A stretch of 63,873 nucleotides of DNA, filler included, from Cercozoa sp. M6MM (taxonomy: Eukaryota > Protista > Endomyxa: Ascetosporea): NCBI GenBank assembly GCA_040357565.1. It is 12 parts of 12 records of this genome, joined end to end, with 100 filler letters (N's around TTAATTAATTAA, not from the genome) between each part and the next. Parts side by side here need not be neighbours in the genome. Positions count along the whole stretch, not along the records: positions 30,692 to 35,076 come from JBDODJ010001153.1; positions 35,177 to 39,749 come from JBDODJ010001101.1; positions 39,850 to 45,332 come from JBDODJ010000900.1; 9 more parts are not named here. The stretch is one strand, 5' to 3'. The position numbers and the translations under genes were made by a program. How positions within the stretch are numbered: the stretch's first letter is position 1; every line of letters starts with the position of its first letter. The notes under the pieces are model-generated. The model saw only the letters and a program-made list of their open reading frames with translations, was not told where the DNA came from and did no database searches. Shown here in pieces: positions 30,748 to 43,708 of the stretch.

Positions 30748-30942
30748 CGCATATTGAACTCGTCGCTTGTGTACGACTAGCTGTGATTCCCAATAAAACG
30801 ATAGACCACGATTGAGAAGTAATTATGTTATTAGACACTCTATCTCACCACGACAAAGGCACCAACAACGATCAGCAGAGACACCGATAGTAACACGAAC
30901 AGAACTATCACGACGCGCTTGAAGTTCGACTACACACACACA

Positions 30943-30992
<50 letters not shown>

Positions 30993-31002
30993 NNNNNNNN
31001 NN

Positions 31003-31050
<48 letters not shown>

Positions 31051-32288
31051 GTTCCGTTCGCCAATGTTGTGTCACAATATAAAGGGAAACACCTCAGACC
31101 TTACGGCGTCTTTGACAGCAGCGTCCTTTTGGCCCAAAATCACTTCTTCCATTTGCCTAGAATTAATAAAACAATGTTGTACTAACCGACAAATTAAGTA
31201 CAACAAATAAAAGCATGGATACATAGTGAGCGGAATATAATCTTCCAGCGCACTCGCCAAGCTTGCCAGGCCCAGTGGGTTGCCCTGCCGGAACAAGAGT
31301 AACATAGCCATGTCGAAAGATGCCAAAATGCCACATGAAAGAAATTTGATACGTGCAAAAACAACTCGGAAAACTTGCCGAGATCGTCGAACATGTCCTA
31401 ATCCAAAGCACAAATCCCGTCCGACACACACACACACACACGCACACACGCACACACACACATACACACACACACATACACACATGCACAACATCACAAA
31501 AAGCCAAAATACGACATATTCTGTCGTCTTTGGGACCGGGACAAGGTCGTTGAATTTGGCGTGCGATTCCTTCGAGACACACAAAATGCATAACTTTGCC
31601 CGACATCATGGGAACGCACTCAGTGTACCTCGCAGCTCTTTCGAACTTTGCTGAAGTCAGTTGCAGTCGAAATGTTCGAAACTAACAATTCACATGTCAA
31701 AAACAAGTTTGAAGTAGTCAGTCAATTTCAAGCTTTAGGGAGATAAGCTACACTGTCCGTTGGGTTGTCTCAACGTGAAAATCATGTCGCTCGTGCATAC
31801 CTATGATATCGTTCATCATAAAACAGAACAAAAAAGTGTCACCTCTTCACTTATGCATAAGACCAGAAGCTTTAAATTTACTAGCGTCTCGCCAAAGCTT
31901 CGCAGTGTAACCGCTTCGTCGTCAAAGGAACCGCCGACAGAACTACGAGTGAATTAAGTTTCGTCAAGAGAGTCCACTTCAAGCACTGGTGTTGTACCTC
32001 TCCACAGATGCAGCTTCTTTGGCCGTCCACGCAGCAAGGCCGGTAAACAGCACAGCAAGGCCGATGAGCACAACTCTCTGTGAACGCATAGCTTGATCAC
32101 TCATCATAATCATGCTTGATGAATAGAGTCAATAGACCATACCAAAATGGCCATAGTTTTGGAGTAGCGCGCCTTGGCAGCCGCCAAATCGCGGGCGGCG
32201 TCCTGCACAACGAAACAAACAAATATCGAGATTGATCGCACGAAGAAAAAGATAATACGCGGATGTAATTGTTCTCCTCGGCTGTCAT
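30748..32288 (-). CDS. Membrane protein with TM - helical extracytoplasmic domain - TM architecture (3' truncated)
   Basis: TM1 ILRVVLIGLAVLFTGLAAW and TM2 VVIVLFVLLSVSLLIVVGAFVV flank helical exons; middle exon joins uncertain. Confidence 0.5.
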
Positions 32289-33335
32289 CCGTACGATAAC
32301 TACGATTCACGTCGAACAAACGCACGGCGTGAAACTGCAAGAACAAATGAACACATGCACGAACAAAACGAAAACTAAAACAGCGCCAGAAGAAAACGAA
32401 CACACGTGGATCTCGCACAGCCTTGGGCCCTAATCTACGCCTAATTGGGCAGCCTCCACAAGTGCACGAGGCCCAGGGCAGTTTCTCCGTCTAAATAATA
32501 CTGTATTGTCCTGACTGACGGCGGCCAGTTTTTCTCCAGGTGGGACCACTGCCAAGTCAAACTCCATCAGTCAGCTGTGTCAGCCACGAGGAAGTGTTTG
32601 TGTACGGTACAATAATTGTATGGGCACACGAGACTTACAATTGTACAATTGCAGTTGATTGCGCGGTCCATTGAAGCGAAGTCGATGATACACTCAAGTC
32701 CGACGCACTCAGCGCTACCATTGCGTCATCTGCTGCCAGTGCGTCCAATCCGCACTCGCAGGTCCCTAGTCAGGCCGGCACTGGCCCGTCGGGTCCCACA
32801 AACGAGCCCTCTGCCGGTTGAAGCTGCCAGAGTCCGTTCGTCATCGCAGTTGTGCGTGCACTCTGGTGTAAGAACTCGAGAGTGCCGGAGCTAACCGAAA
32901 ACCCTCTGGCACTTTGCTCTTGTAGGTTGAGGTACAGCTGAAGTCAATTTACGTACAGGACAGGACAGCACGATACTGCACTGTACTAGTCGTTGCTTCA
33001 AGCAACGGAGTGGAGGAACTGGAAGCGTTGGTACTGTTTTACTGGACAAATCAATTTGTACTGCACTGCAGCCCAGCATGTGAACTCGTCTTACCGACCC
33101 AGCCGACAGTTGCGCTCGTTCTGGTCTGTATCTCGAGACCTACCTACGTGCAAGGGCCCGTACTACAGGTCGGTTCTGTACTTGTACAAGTACCAGGAAC
33201 AACAACTGATCGCAAAACGATCACTCAGTCATGTGGGATCAAAGCTGGACAAAACCGCTAAAAACGAGCCAGGCAGACAATTGTTAAAAGGCGATGACGA
33301 AAGAATTTCGCCCTTGTTTCGCAGATATTTAAAGG

Positions 33336-35042
33336 ATGCAGCAAGAGATCTCCGACGAAGAGGCACAGCGCGCGGCCGCTCTGGCCTCATTGGCGGCGGG
33401 TAGTCTCCTTTCATTGTGTCGTCACCAAAAATATGATATGATTCTGAAAAACCAAAGGCGCTCCGGACACGGGTGCCGGTAAGGGCATCCAGGACGCGAT
33501 GCAGGCGGTGCTGATCAAGTGTCAGCCCATGCCGGATGACGCAGTTGCGGTATGCCGGCGTATTTATTATTCTTATTTTATTTTTGAAGACCATAGAAAT
33601 GACGAATTTTTGCGCAGTGCCGCGGTCACGATTTCGACAAGGACGGCGACGACATTCAGAAGATCCTGCAGAGTTTCATGACCACGGGCTTTCAGGTGAG
33701 TTACGATGCTTTGAGTTGAGTTGAGTTGAGTCGAGTGCGTTGCTTTGATCGAGTTGCGATGTTGAGTTGAGTTGCAATGCTTTGAGTTGCGGTGCTTTGA
33801 GTTGCGTTGAGTTGAGTTGAGTTGAGTTGAGTTGAGCTGTTATTGCTTAGGCCACGGAAATGGGACGCGCGGTGGAGCGACTGCGCGAGATGATTTCGTG
33901 GCGACTCTCGGACGAGCCGGTGACTGAGTCGACGCCCGATGATCTGGTGCACTCATTTGCTGCCAGTTTTAAAGCTGTCCAACAGTCTTGTCGCAGAAGG
34001 ACGAAGCGACGCGTCAGAACACCAAGGCTCGCATCTTCCTGGTAAGTTGCTGCAGCAGTTCTTACCTCCGGATGGTTACACATGGTAATGTGCCAAAGGG
34101 CTACACGAGCAACATGGTGTCGTCGGGTTCGCGTGAGGTGATCAAGTACCTGTGCAAGCACAACATGGTGGACGCCATTGTCACTACGGCAGGCGGCATC
34201 GAGGAGGACTTTATGAAGTGCTACGCTCCGCACTACATGGGCGAGTGTACCTCTTTGCCTTATATCCACATATATATATATATCTATATATACATGTATA
34301 ATTGTCTTGTAGGGTCGCTGCGTGGTCGTGACTTGCGTCTCAAGGGTGTCTTACCTTTGTACTGTGTCTCTAAGTATTGTATACTGCTCCTACGTAGGCC
34401 ACAACCGCATCGGCAACCTCGTGGTGCCCAACGACAACTACTGCAGCTTCGAGGACTTCCTGACGCCGATTCTCAAGGACATGGCGCGCGCGCAGAAGGA
34501 GGACGGCATCATCTGGACGCCCTCCAAGATGATCGACCGTCTGGGTGCCGAGATTGCGCACGAGGATAGTGTGTACTACTGGTGCCACCGTAACAACATT
34601 CCCGTCTTCTGTCCGGCCATCACTGGTACCTGTCTGGTTTGGACTTGTGCGTGTTTGTACAAACTGTTCTATACAAACTGCACTGTCCATTTGTACCCTT
34701 GAACTAACAGACGGATCCGTGGGCGACATGGTGTTCTTCCAGGCATACAACGAGCCCGACTTCATCATCGATATCGCTCAAGTACAAAACACTGACTGTC
34801 ATCTTGAATGGACTGAGTTGTGTATGATGACAACAGGACATCCGTGCCATCAACGACATTGCGCTCAGTGCGCCGCGTAGTGGCATGCTGATCCTCGGCG
34901 GTACCTCTTGGCCCTTGTGTCAATAGACATGTGTACTATCAAACATGTCTGAGGTCAGGTGGTCTCGTGAAGCACCACATCTGCAACGCCAACCTCATGC
35001 GCAACGGCGCCGACTGGAGCGTCTTTGTCAACACGGCCATCT
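33336..35042 (+). CDS. DHPS: Deoxyhypusine synthase (3' truncated)
   Basis: [80 protein letters not shown]. Confidence 0.97.
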
Positions 35043-35213
35043 GTGCTTTCACTTTGTTCATTCTTGCCCCCCCCCCNNNNNNNNNNNNNNNNNNNNNNNN
35101 NNNNNNNNNNNNNNNNNNNNTTAATTAATTAANNNNNNNNNNNNNNNNNNNNNNNNNNNNNNNNNNNNNNNNNNNNAAAAGGGGTAAAAGGATAAAGGAA
35201 GCCAAAACGAAAC

Positions 35214-36042
35214 CTTCTCGTGCTGCGCAGCGCGCATGGGATCGCCAAACTCATCGCGCAACTTGAGCTGATCGTCCTGCATAGCACCAGTTAAAAACTG
35301 TATTTTCCAGTGTCCGCGCGGACGTACCAATGCCGTGTCCTCGCGGAAGAGGTCGAACTTGTCAATGTCGAACATACGACGACGTCGTTTGGCGCTCTCT
35401 TTGTCGCTTTGCACGCTCGACACTGTCGAGGCCACGCTCCTACCGGAGGGGGTAAGGGGGCAAGGGGTAAGGGGGGTAAAAGGGGTGGGGGAGGGGGTAA
35501 AAGGGGTGGGGGAGGGGGTAAAAGGGAGGTAGAACTGCTGGGGAGGCGCCTGCGCAATAGCGGCGAGCTGTGCTTCGCTCACGACGGCCGGCGCAAGCTC
35601 TTCGCCCTCTGTCAAAAAGAAAGCTGAGATTTAGATTGTTAAAAAATAAAGTGGTCGCACGTACCGTCCAGTTGACCCGTCAGCGCGGACGCCGACGACT
35701 GCAGCAACGGGTTGACACTCTTGCGCAGCTCGGCGCTCATCAGCGCGGCTGCGGCAGACGAAGCCTTCTCGGCGGCACCTGCAAACCACACGCAGCCAGT
35801 CAGATCTCAAGTGTAGCCACCCATGAGACACAACACACTCTTTGGCCGCTCCGTCTGGCGTCGTCGCTTGCTGGCCGGTTCCTGTGTCGCCACATCGCCG
35901 CTCTCGTCCACAAATTGCGCCTGAGAACGTCTGCAACACCACACATAACAGACACACAACATACACACACACCATTGATCATATCATACCTCTTCTTCTT
36001 CTTTTTTGGCTTGTCTTGGTATCGACTGAGTAATTTCTCCAT
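35214..36042 (-). CDS. BUD13: RES-complex splicing factor BUD13/CWC26 (3' truncated)
   Basis: N-terminal LLSRY..KPKKKKK and conserved LDDQLKLRDEFGDPM. Confidence 0.7.
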
Positions 36043-36326
36043 CGTTAAACTCTAACTGGAGAGCATACACACCGTGGCAGTACACTGGACGCCGCGTACA
36101 GCTGCTTTCTAGCTATCGGCTACTCGAACAATTCGGCTCAACAACTGTCTCGGATCACTAGATTTCCCAACGCATTATTTGCACGATCGTAGCTGCTCAG
36201 CAGGGTTAGTAGACCAAGCACAAGAGCTGGGCCAGGACTGATCCAAGGGAGCCTGATCGAATCCAGAAACTGATCAACTGCCGTTGGAAGTAGTCGGTTG
36301 AAAATCATCATCTGAAACACCGTTTG

Positions 36327-37691
36327 ATGGTAATGTTTGCAACTGCTAGTTGCACAAACACGTGCCAACACCGCAAGTGCTGATAGGGGCAGCAGTTTTA
36401 TGTTGCTATGAGTGGGCACTTTCGATCCCCACTGAGGAGAGATCAATCGCATTTTTGTTGCAGCCTCGGCGCCGCAAGCAGCCGAAAGAAGTAACTTTAG
36501 CTCGATTTCTGTGTCAGTTTCTTTGCTGAGAAACGTTTCGGGCTTGTGTGGTAGGAGGAAGCACCGCGTCGTTTGACGCGCCGCCAGCAGGCGCTCTTGG
36601 ACGCAGCTGCCGAAGAAGCCGAAGCTGAAGTCCAAGATGTCCCGAGTGACACGGTGACACAAGCGACGCCGGCCAAGCGTGCCACTCGAGTGAGTGCCAG
36701 GAAGGCCGTCGCTGCTAAGAAGAGTGTCACTCCTGCCAAGAAACGCGCCCCCAAGAAACGCACGCCCAAGAAACGCGGCACCCCGACTAGTTCAGCCAAG
36801 AAACGCACGGCCAAGGGCAGCACAAGTCGCAAGACCCGTGGCTCCACCCGGACCAAGCGCGTCGTCCGCCAGACGGAAGTGGTGCCGCCACTGCACGTCG
36901 AGACTGATGAGGCCGATGAAGATGTCGCCTCCAGTTCGGTGCAACAGCTGCGTCGCTCACGCCGCCTGCGCACTCCGCGTACTCTCTTCTTGCCGCTTGC
37001 TTTTTTTACTAAACTTACTGTACCTGTACCTTTGCACTGTCTGTACCTCTGTACTGGAGTGTATCTGTACAATTGTACTGTACAGTACCTGTACCTTTCG
37101 AATGTACCAGTATAAGTTACTCCTTTGTACTCTATGTGTGTACTAAATTTCCAGGCCGACTGTACGACCCAGTGACCGGAACCTTTGCCGCAAGTCCGCA
37201 AGAGATCGCCGTGCAGGTCGAGGAAGCTGAGTTGCCCGAGTCACCGCTGCTGCAGCACTCGCCACGTCGTACTCACTGCCTTCCTTTAATCTCTATTTTA
37301 ATAATGACTCAATATTGTATTCCGCAGGCTGGCAGCGGAGCGAGAAGAGTGTCCGCGCTGCCGAGAAAACAGCTCGCACGTACTTTGCTTTGGCACCAAT
37401 GTCCTGTACCACTTAGAGACAACGTTATTCAGTACGCGCAGTGTGCGCAAGCGCGTCCAGAAACGAGAGCGCGCCGAGGCACAGCAGTCGCCGCCGAAAC
37501 GTCGTCGCAAGCTGCGCGTTCCCGGACGTCGTGCGGCTCAACCTGAGCCGGAACCGGAGCCGATGGAAGTTGAGGACGTTACTGGTCTGACACTGCGTCA
37601 GGCACTTTACGCCAAGACCGGACAAGGTCGGCAGACTCGTGACGTGACACTCTCGTGGTCCGCGTGGCTTCGCAGCTGGCTCACCAACTGA
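36327..37691 (+). CDS. Highly basic disordered protein with histone-H1-tail-like TPxKK/PAKK repeats
   Basis: KKSVTPAKKRAPKKRTPKKRGTPTSSAKKR; spliced through GT-AG introns to WSAWLRSWLTN*; proposed first exon contributes only ATG. Confidence 0.65.
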
Positions 37692-37802
37692 AAAAACAGA
37701 AACAAACTGGACCAGACCCAATTGGGGGGCAGCCACTCCATCCGTCGTACTGTACTATTAGTCAGACAGCATTCTCTTGTCATTCGGCATGCTTAAATTT
37801 AG

Positions 37803-38600
37803 TTACAGACTGACTCAGATCAATTCATGCAGTTTCCGCGGGGATGAACCCAGACAGATCAGTTGGTCGATAGAGCTGTCTGAAAGCCTCATCTAAGTTT
37901 ACTTGGCATCTCCACCTCTACAAGTCAGCATTGGCTGCTGTAGAGAGACGGGGTCTATACTAGTTTGACGTCAGAACCCAGTTGGGGTAATTCTTCACTT
38001 CGCTTACGTCTGCTGACTCAATACTTAATGTCGGTTCCATTCGTTTCTTTCGTCTTTTTCCCGGCGCCGTACTCTTTTTGCGCTGCCAAAGCCTGATTAC
38101 CAGCCCTCTCAGATAGGGATCAGCCTTGCTAACTTTGTTACACGCATGAGCTACTGTATCCGCGCAAAGCAACCCTAAGTTTACAACTTCCAAAAATCCT
38201 CAAGAAAGGTGTGAAAGTGTTTGACGTGTGTTCGCTGGTACCCTGACCTACTGAGAGCTTGAGTCCAGACTGTGGAACACCTGTGTTTGAGTAGGGAAGC
38301 CTTGAGCAAGATTTTTGCAGCTGAACTCAAAGAAGGGCTCTCTCGACCAGGTAATCTGATCTCTCAAGGGCCAGTTGTCTCCGCTTCTACCCGTCCTCTG
38401 CCCTTCCAGAGGCCCTTCTTTCAGTCTTCATTCCTCGCCAACTCAATAAAAACATCTGACGGGTGACTTTCCCGTCCACCAGTGCTTTGCCGCCCAACTG
38501 AACCGTTGGGGTAACTCACTCTTTCAAACTGACACTTGGCCACTCTTCCTCCAAGAACAGACTTTCTTACGTTCCTTAGTTCTTTTTGTATCACTGGCAA
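37803..38600 (-). mobile_element. Degenerate RTE-like LINE relic, second copy
   Basis: Homologous to 1390-1830 with different internal deletions; contains stops and frameshifts. Confidence 0.55.
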
Positions 38601-38660
38601 AGTACCTCCTCAATTTACCAAGGCCTGATCCCTATCTGAGAGGGCTGCGGTAACATCTTC

Positions 38661-38726
38661 AGTTAGTTGAGTCTTCTAGGAAACCAATGATGTAGTTCCC
38701 TGCACCAGTCTGGGGTGGGTCACAAG
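38661..38726 (-). repeat. Copy of the dispersed end-motif
   Basis: AGTTAGTTGAGTCTTCTAGGAAACCAATGATGTAGTTCCCTGCACCAGTCTGGGGTGGGTCACAAG is almost identical to 21219-21285. Confidence 0.9.
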
Positions 38727-39116
38727 CGAAACCTCAGATCTTCAATTTCATCCCTCACGTCCATACCGACTGTAAGCTACTACTGCATCGGTCGTTCGAT
38801 GATCAGAAGCAAACTAGCTGACGGTAAACTTAACGTAAGTTATAAATTTAATCCGATTCCACGACGCAACTGCACTCGTTAATATAAGCCTCGCCTCAGT
38901 AAAATTGTAGTTTACGTTAGAAAACACGCGATGGCAGTATAAGAAGCAAACTGGGCATGACTTATATTTGTGATCAGTTTTATCACTAGCAGTTAGTGGA
39001 ATTACATAACTTCAGTTGGTGGACTGGGGCGACGGGTTGGAATACAGTCGGGGAGGAGGGTGGAAGGTTCAGGGGGTCAGTGGAGACTGTGCTCTGGCCG
39101 GAAGACGACGGCGAGA

Positions 39117-39608
39117 CTAGATGCCAAAGACGACGGCGAGTTGACTGAGCTGTTCTCGCACCACCTTGAGGTAGATGCGGATTCGCTCGGCGGTGTCACG
39201 ATCGCGGCGAAGTTCTCTCGCTGTTGGACGTCGCTGGTTGGCAAAGTTCGCATCGTTCTCGACGTTGCTCCAGTCGCCTTGCAGTTGGTGTTCAGTATTC
39301 TGCCAGGCAAAACAAGTAAGCCAACGATATTGTTCCCCCGGGTACAGTAAAATTTACTGGCAGCAAAATATTGAGAACTAATTTTAAAACTTAGATACCT
39401 CTTGGGCAGAGATCTGGACAATGTTGTTGTTGTTGTTGTTGTTGTTGGTGTTCTCGATGTTCTCGGTGTCGACAGCAGGATCCCGGGTAGCAAACAGTGG
39501 ACGAAATAGCGGACGCAAAAGTCGATTTCTCGCTTGCGAAGTCGATTTCTCGCGACACAGGGCAATAAATAAATCTCTGTGTGCATGAGTAAGTGCTATG
39601 AAGTGCAT
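39117..39608 (-). CDS. Small hypothetical protein with a poly-Asn tract
   Basis: DTENIENTNNNNNNNNIVQISAQE spliced to NTEHQLQGDW...LAVVFGI*; start uncertain. Confidence 0.4.
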
Positions 39609-39849
39609 GCGCACTCGTTCAATGTGTAATACGACAGCTAGAGCACCTTACAAAATCCACGGTGCGCGAAAAAGACGTGTCGCCTATATATTTTACGTCC
39701 CCTACGTCCCTCCTTCTCCTTCCTTCCTTCTTTTGACTAGTGCCGCCGGNNNNNNNNNNNNNNNNNNNNNNNNNNNNNNNNNNNNNNNNNNNNTTAATTA
39801 ATTAANNNNNNNNNNNNNNNNNNNNNNNNNNNNNNNNNNNNNNNNNNNN

Positions 39850-42790
39850 GCACCTGTGCTTGGCGCAGCAGATGCGCTCTACCACCATGAGGGGAATGCA
39901 GTTGCAGCCGAACTCAACACCGTCGCTGGCCGTGAGGATCTCCACCTCGCGCGGCGAGTAGAACACGTTGTACTGCGACACGGCCACCCACTGCACAGGC
40001 ACACACAATTGCGTATATAACTATATAACAATATATCTCGATCTACATGCAGATATCTATAGAAGTGACATTAACTATATATGAATATACACATAAGACA
40101 GAGGAAAGTACGCGCTTCTGCCAGCCGGCGAGTTTTCGCGGCGACTTTTTCAGCAACCAGCCGCGCAGCTCCGGCAGGAATTCCTGTCCACACATACATA
40201 TATATATATACCTATCTCTATCTATATGTATATATATATATATATCTATACATCTATATATACATACATATATAGACACATATGTCACACACAAGAATAT
40301 AGTGGTACATAGACTAATAAAAGCCAGATAGAATAGATAGATGAACAGATAACGAGAGAGATACACAGATAGAGATAGATCAACAGAGAGGGACACCTGT
40401 GCATCCAGCAGATCCTGCGCGTGCGCCAGGAGGGCACGTTCCTCCTCGTCGGTCAGATCGTTCCTGGGCTCCATGCCCAAAGAAGTCCTCGGCGCCGCTG
40501 TTGTCTCGCTCTGCATACACACACACATCCATACCACATAGCTTGTTATATATATATATATAGATATATATATAGATATACTATATGAATAAAATGTAGA
40601 GACAGACCTCAGACTCGTCAACGCAGGCGCCCTCGCGCAGCACGGCCTTGCCGTTCTCGAGTGTGTAGGTCGGCGCCGCCGATCGGAAGCTCTTGATCAG
40701 CGTGGCTGCACAACACGCATACAATGTAAAACTAATATCATACATACACACATACCCAGACGAATTAAAATAAAATATGAATAATATAGCCATTAAATAC
40801 AAATCAATGCAATCCCATATGGAGATACAAGAAAGGCCTACCGATGCGGTCGACATTGTCTTTGAGTTGCGTGAGCACACTGCCCATAGTGTCCAACTGC
40901 TCGGCCTCCAGTGCGTCCACGGCGCGCTGCTTGCGTCGCTGCAGGTCGTACTTCAGTCGCTTGCGCAGGCGGTGTCTCCTGCCGCCACAGGAGGGATTAG
41001 ACAGCGGTAAAGCTGGGGTAAAGAGACAAAGGTACAACGAAGACAGTCTCCGCACGAAACGCGGCAGCTGCCGCACAAAAACCAAAAATCACAAATCAGG
41101 AAACAACAACAAGAACAGCTAAGACACAACAAACATGTTCGATCGGCAGGTCCAGCAGTTTCTCCAGTCGCCAGGCCGTCTCGCTTCCGACCTATTTATC
41201 AAATACCAATAATGGTTAAGACACAAACACAGCACTATGTAGATGTAAAAAGAGACAGTACTATCCCCATATATTAGACAACAGATACTAGACATCAGAT
41301 AGTACACACAGACACAAAGAGAAAAAGCACCTGTCCTCGCAGCACCGCTTCGTGTCGCTGCAGCGCCACTTCGCCCGCACCCTGTTCACAAACGTATAGG
41401 ATCCTTACCCCCCCCCGACTGTGCAGAGACGGAGACACCTGCGACAGGTCCAGCGGCAAGAAGGCGCGCTCAATGTCGACCGAACGTTTCTCCGCTCTCT
41501 TTAGTGTCTCTGCCAAGGGGTAAGGAATGAGGGAAGGGGGGGGGGGGTAAGAAAGCTCTACCATCGAGCTTGCGCCTCCGTTGTCGCAACCGCGCAAGTT
41601 CTATCCGGGGGGTAAAGGGAGAGGGGATAAGGAAGGACAGCGCACCATCAAGCGCGGCGCGTGAGTCGTTGCCGAACCTCTCGTACGCGCGGAAGGCGCA
41701 CTGAACACAAATACAAAAAATCATACGCATACATATATACCTCTTATACATTTATATATACATCTATTATATATATAGGTATGGATGTATTTTATACACA
41801 TATGGATATGTTATATACGTATGAATACATATGGATGTATTATATATAGGTAAGGTATATGGATATTATATATACATATTCTCTGTATTATATACATATT
41901 CATATATCTGTATGATAATATATCCATACGCATATAATATATGCATATGTATATAAACAACACACACGCACATGCACACACATAGAGAGAGTGGTTACAG
42001 TCTGCAGCGTAGGCGCCGACGACCAGTTGCGAAAGGCCTCGCCAAGACCGCGCACCAGGTGCAGCACACTCGCGCGCGGCGTCTCCGCCACCGACGACTC
42101 CACGATTATGTCTGTCCGGGAAGGTAAAGGGAATGGGTTGCGGGAGTGGAACAAAATGTACTGTGCACGGAGAAGACGACATCGCGAATGATTCGACCAA
42201 TTGTGACGACGTTGCTGAAGACCACTGTCACCTACAGCACTCAGGAAAATACAGGGGGCGAGGTAGGGCAGGGAGAAGAATAACAACCTCATCTGGCGAC
42301 AGTCCGGCGCTGTCGTCGTCGGCGCGTGCTTGCAACAACGCCGCGCGGAAGAAGCCCAGCAGACGCTACACAGAGACCGTCAGATTCTTACCCCCCCCTT
42401 TATTCCTTTCGCAGGAAGCATGTCTACCACAGTGAGCACATCGAAACGCAGACACGTGAGCCAAAGCAACTCGACACTGCGGCCGACCTCTGCGTCGAAG
42501 GCGGCGTACACGGCAAAGGCCTCGCGCAGCGTGTCGGCGTCGTGCGGGTACGTCAGCAGAGGCACCTCCGGTTCCTGCTCCTCCGGTTCCTGAGTCTCCT
42601 CTGCTGCCTCCTGTGTCTGTTGTGTCTGTGTCTGTGTTGGGCTCTGCGTGGGCTGCTTGTCGTCGTCGTCGTCTTCAGCATCCGCGCGGTCCAGCGCCGT
42701 TGCTATCGCCTACACACATACATAAATAAAATACATACTCATCTGTCACATTGATACAGAAGCTACATGCACACATATACATACATATAA

Positions 42791-42823
<33 letters not shown>

Positions 42824-42883
42824 TATATATATAAATAAATAAATAAATAAATATATATATAAACAAATATATATATATATATA

Positions 42884-42934
<51 letters not shown>

Positions 42935-43470
42935 AGAGATGTAGACACATGTGCACCTGCTGATGCGGCGCAACGACTCGTGCGGCCGTCACCGTGGCCG
43001 ACGGCACCAGTGCGCCCTCGACATAGGCGGTCTGCGACGAAGCCGACACGGAGGACTGGTGAGCCATGCTGCTGTCCTCCTCCTCGACCTCGGTCTCGAT
43101 ATGCGTCGGCGTGTCCGGCACGAAGTCGTGCGACGCGTTGAGGTCCTCGGCGGTGCACACCGTGACCGCTGTGGTCAGCGCGGACGCCGTCACTCCGACC
43201 GCTGCTTGGTCCAGCTCGCGCATCTCCGCGAACGACACCTCGCGCGCCTCGGCCGACTGGCCCCAGCGACGCCAGGCCTCATCCGCACTCAGTCGCAGCA
43301 CACATTGGCGAGCCTGCTTGCACCGCCATCTCACAATCACAGCACGCAAACACACGAAAATGACCAAAACCCCCTCCCAATAAAACTCACCTGGGCCGAT
43401 AACTCGAGCACACGGAGCGCATGGTACTGCTGCAGCACGAGACCGGTGCTGAATACACTCTTCTTCTGCC
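39850..43470 (-). CDS. Large multi-exon protein with coiled coil and PH domain (3' truncated)
   Basis: [31 protein letters not shown] is a typical PH beta1-beta3 segment; AT-rich introns; start not located. Confidence 0.75.
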
Positions 43471-43708
43471 CAATCGCACACAGTTAGTTTTATTTCCACT
43501 CAGTTGTTTGCCACTCAGTTGATTTTGACAAAAAAAAAGTTCCAAAAAAGCTTGCCACAGCACAAAAAAGATCAGTCGAAAGATGGTATAGTAGAAATCA
43601 CGAGTTATCAGAGATCTTGGTATTGATGTTTATCATCAGATTTGGCTAATAGAACATCGCTCAGCACGAAAGCAACAAAACTGAGAAATCCAATCGAAAA
43701 ACCCCGCG

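Noticed and set aside
32420-33290. Possible small spliced gene or structured RNA upstream of DHPS (including a CCTTGGGCC...GGCCCAGGG stem)
   Set aside because: No consistent reading frame or recognisable RNA motif could be built
35030-35076. Possible non-canonical (AT- or GC-) donor in DHPS after VNTA
   Set aside because: A normal GT at 35043 gives NTAI-x, compatible with the variable positions before FDGS; the acceptor is lost in the gap
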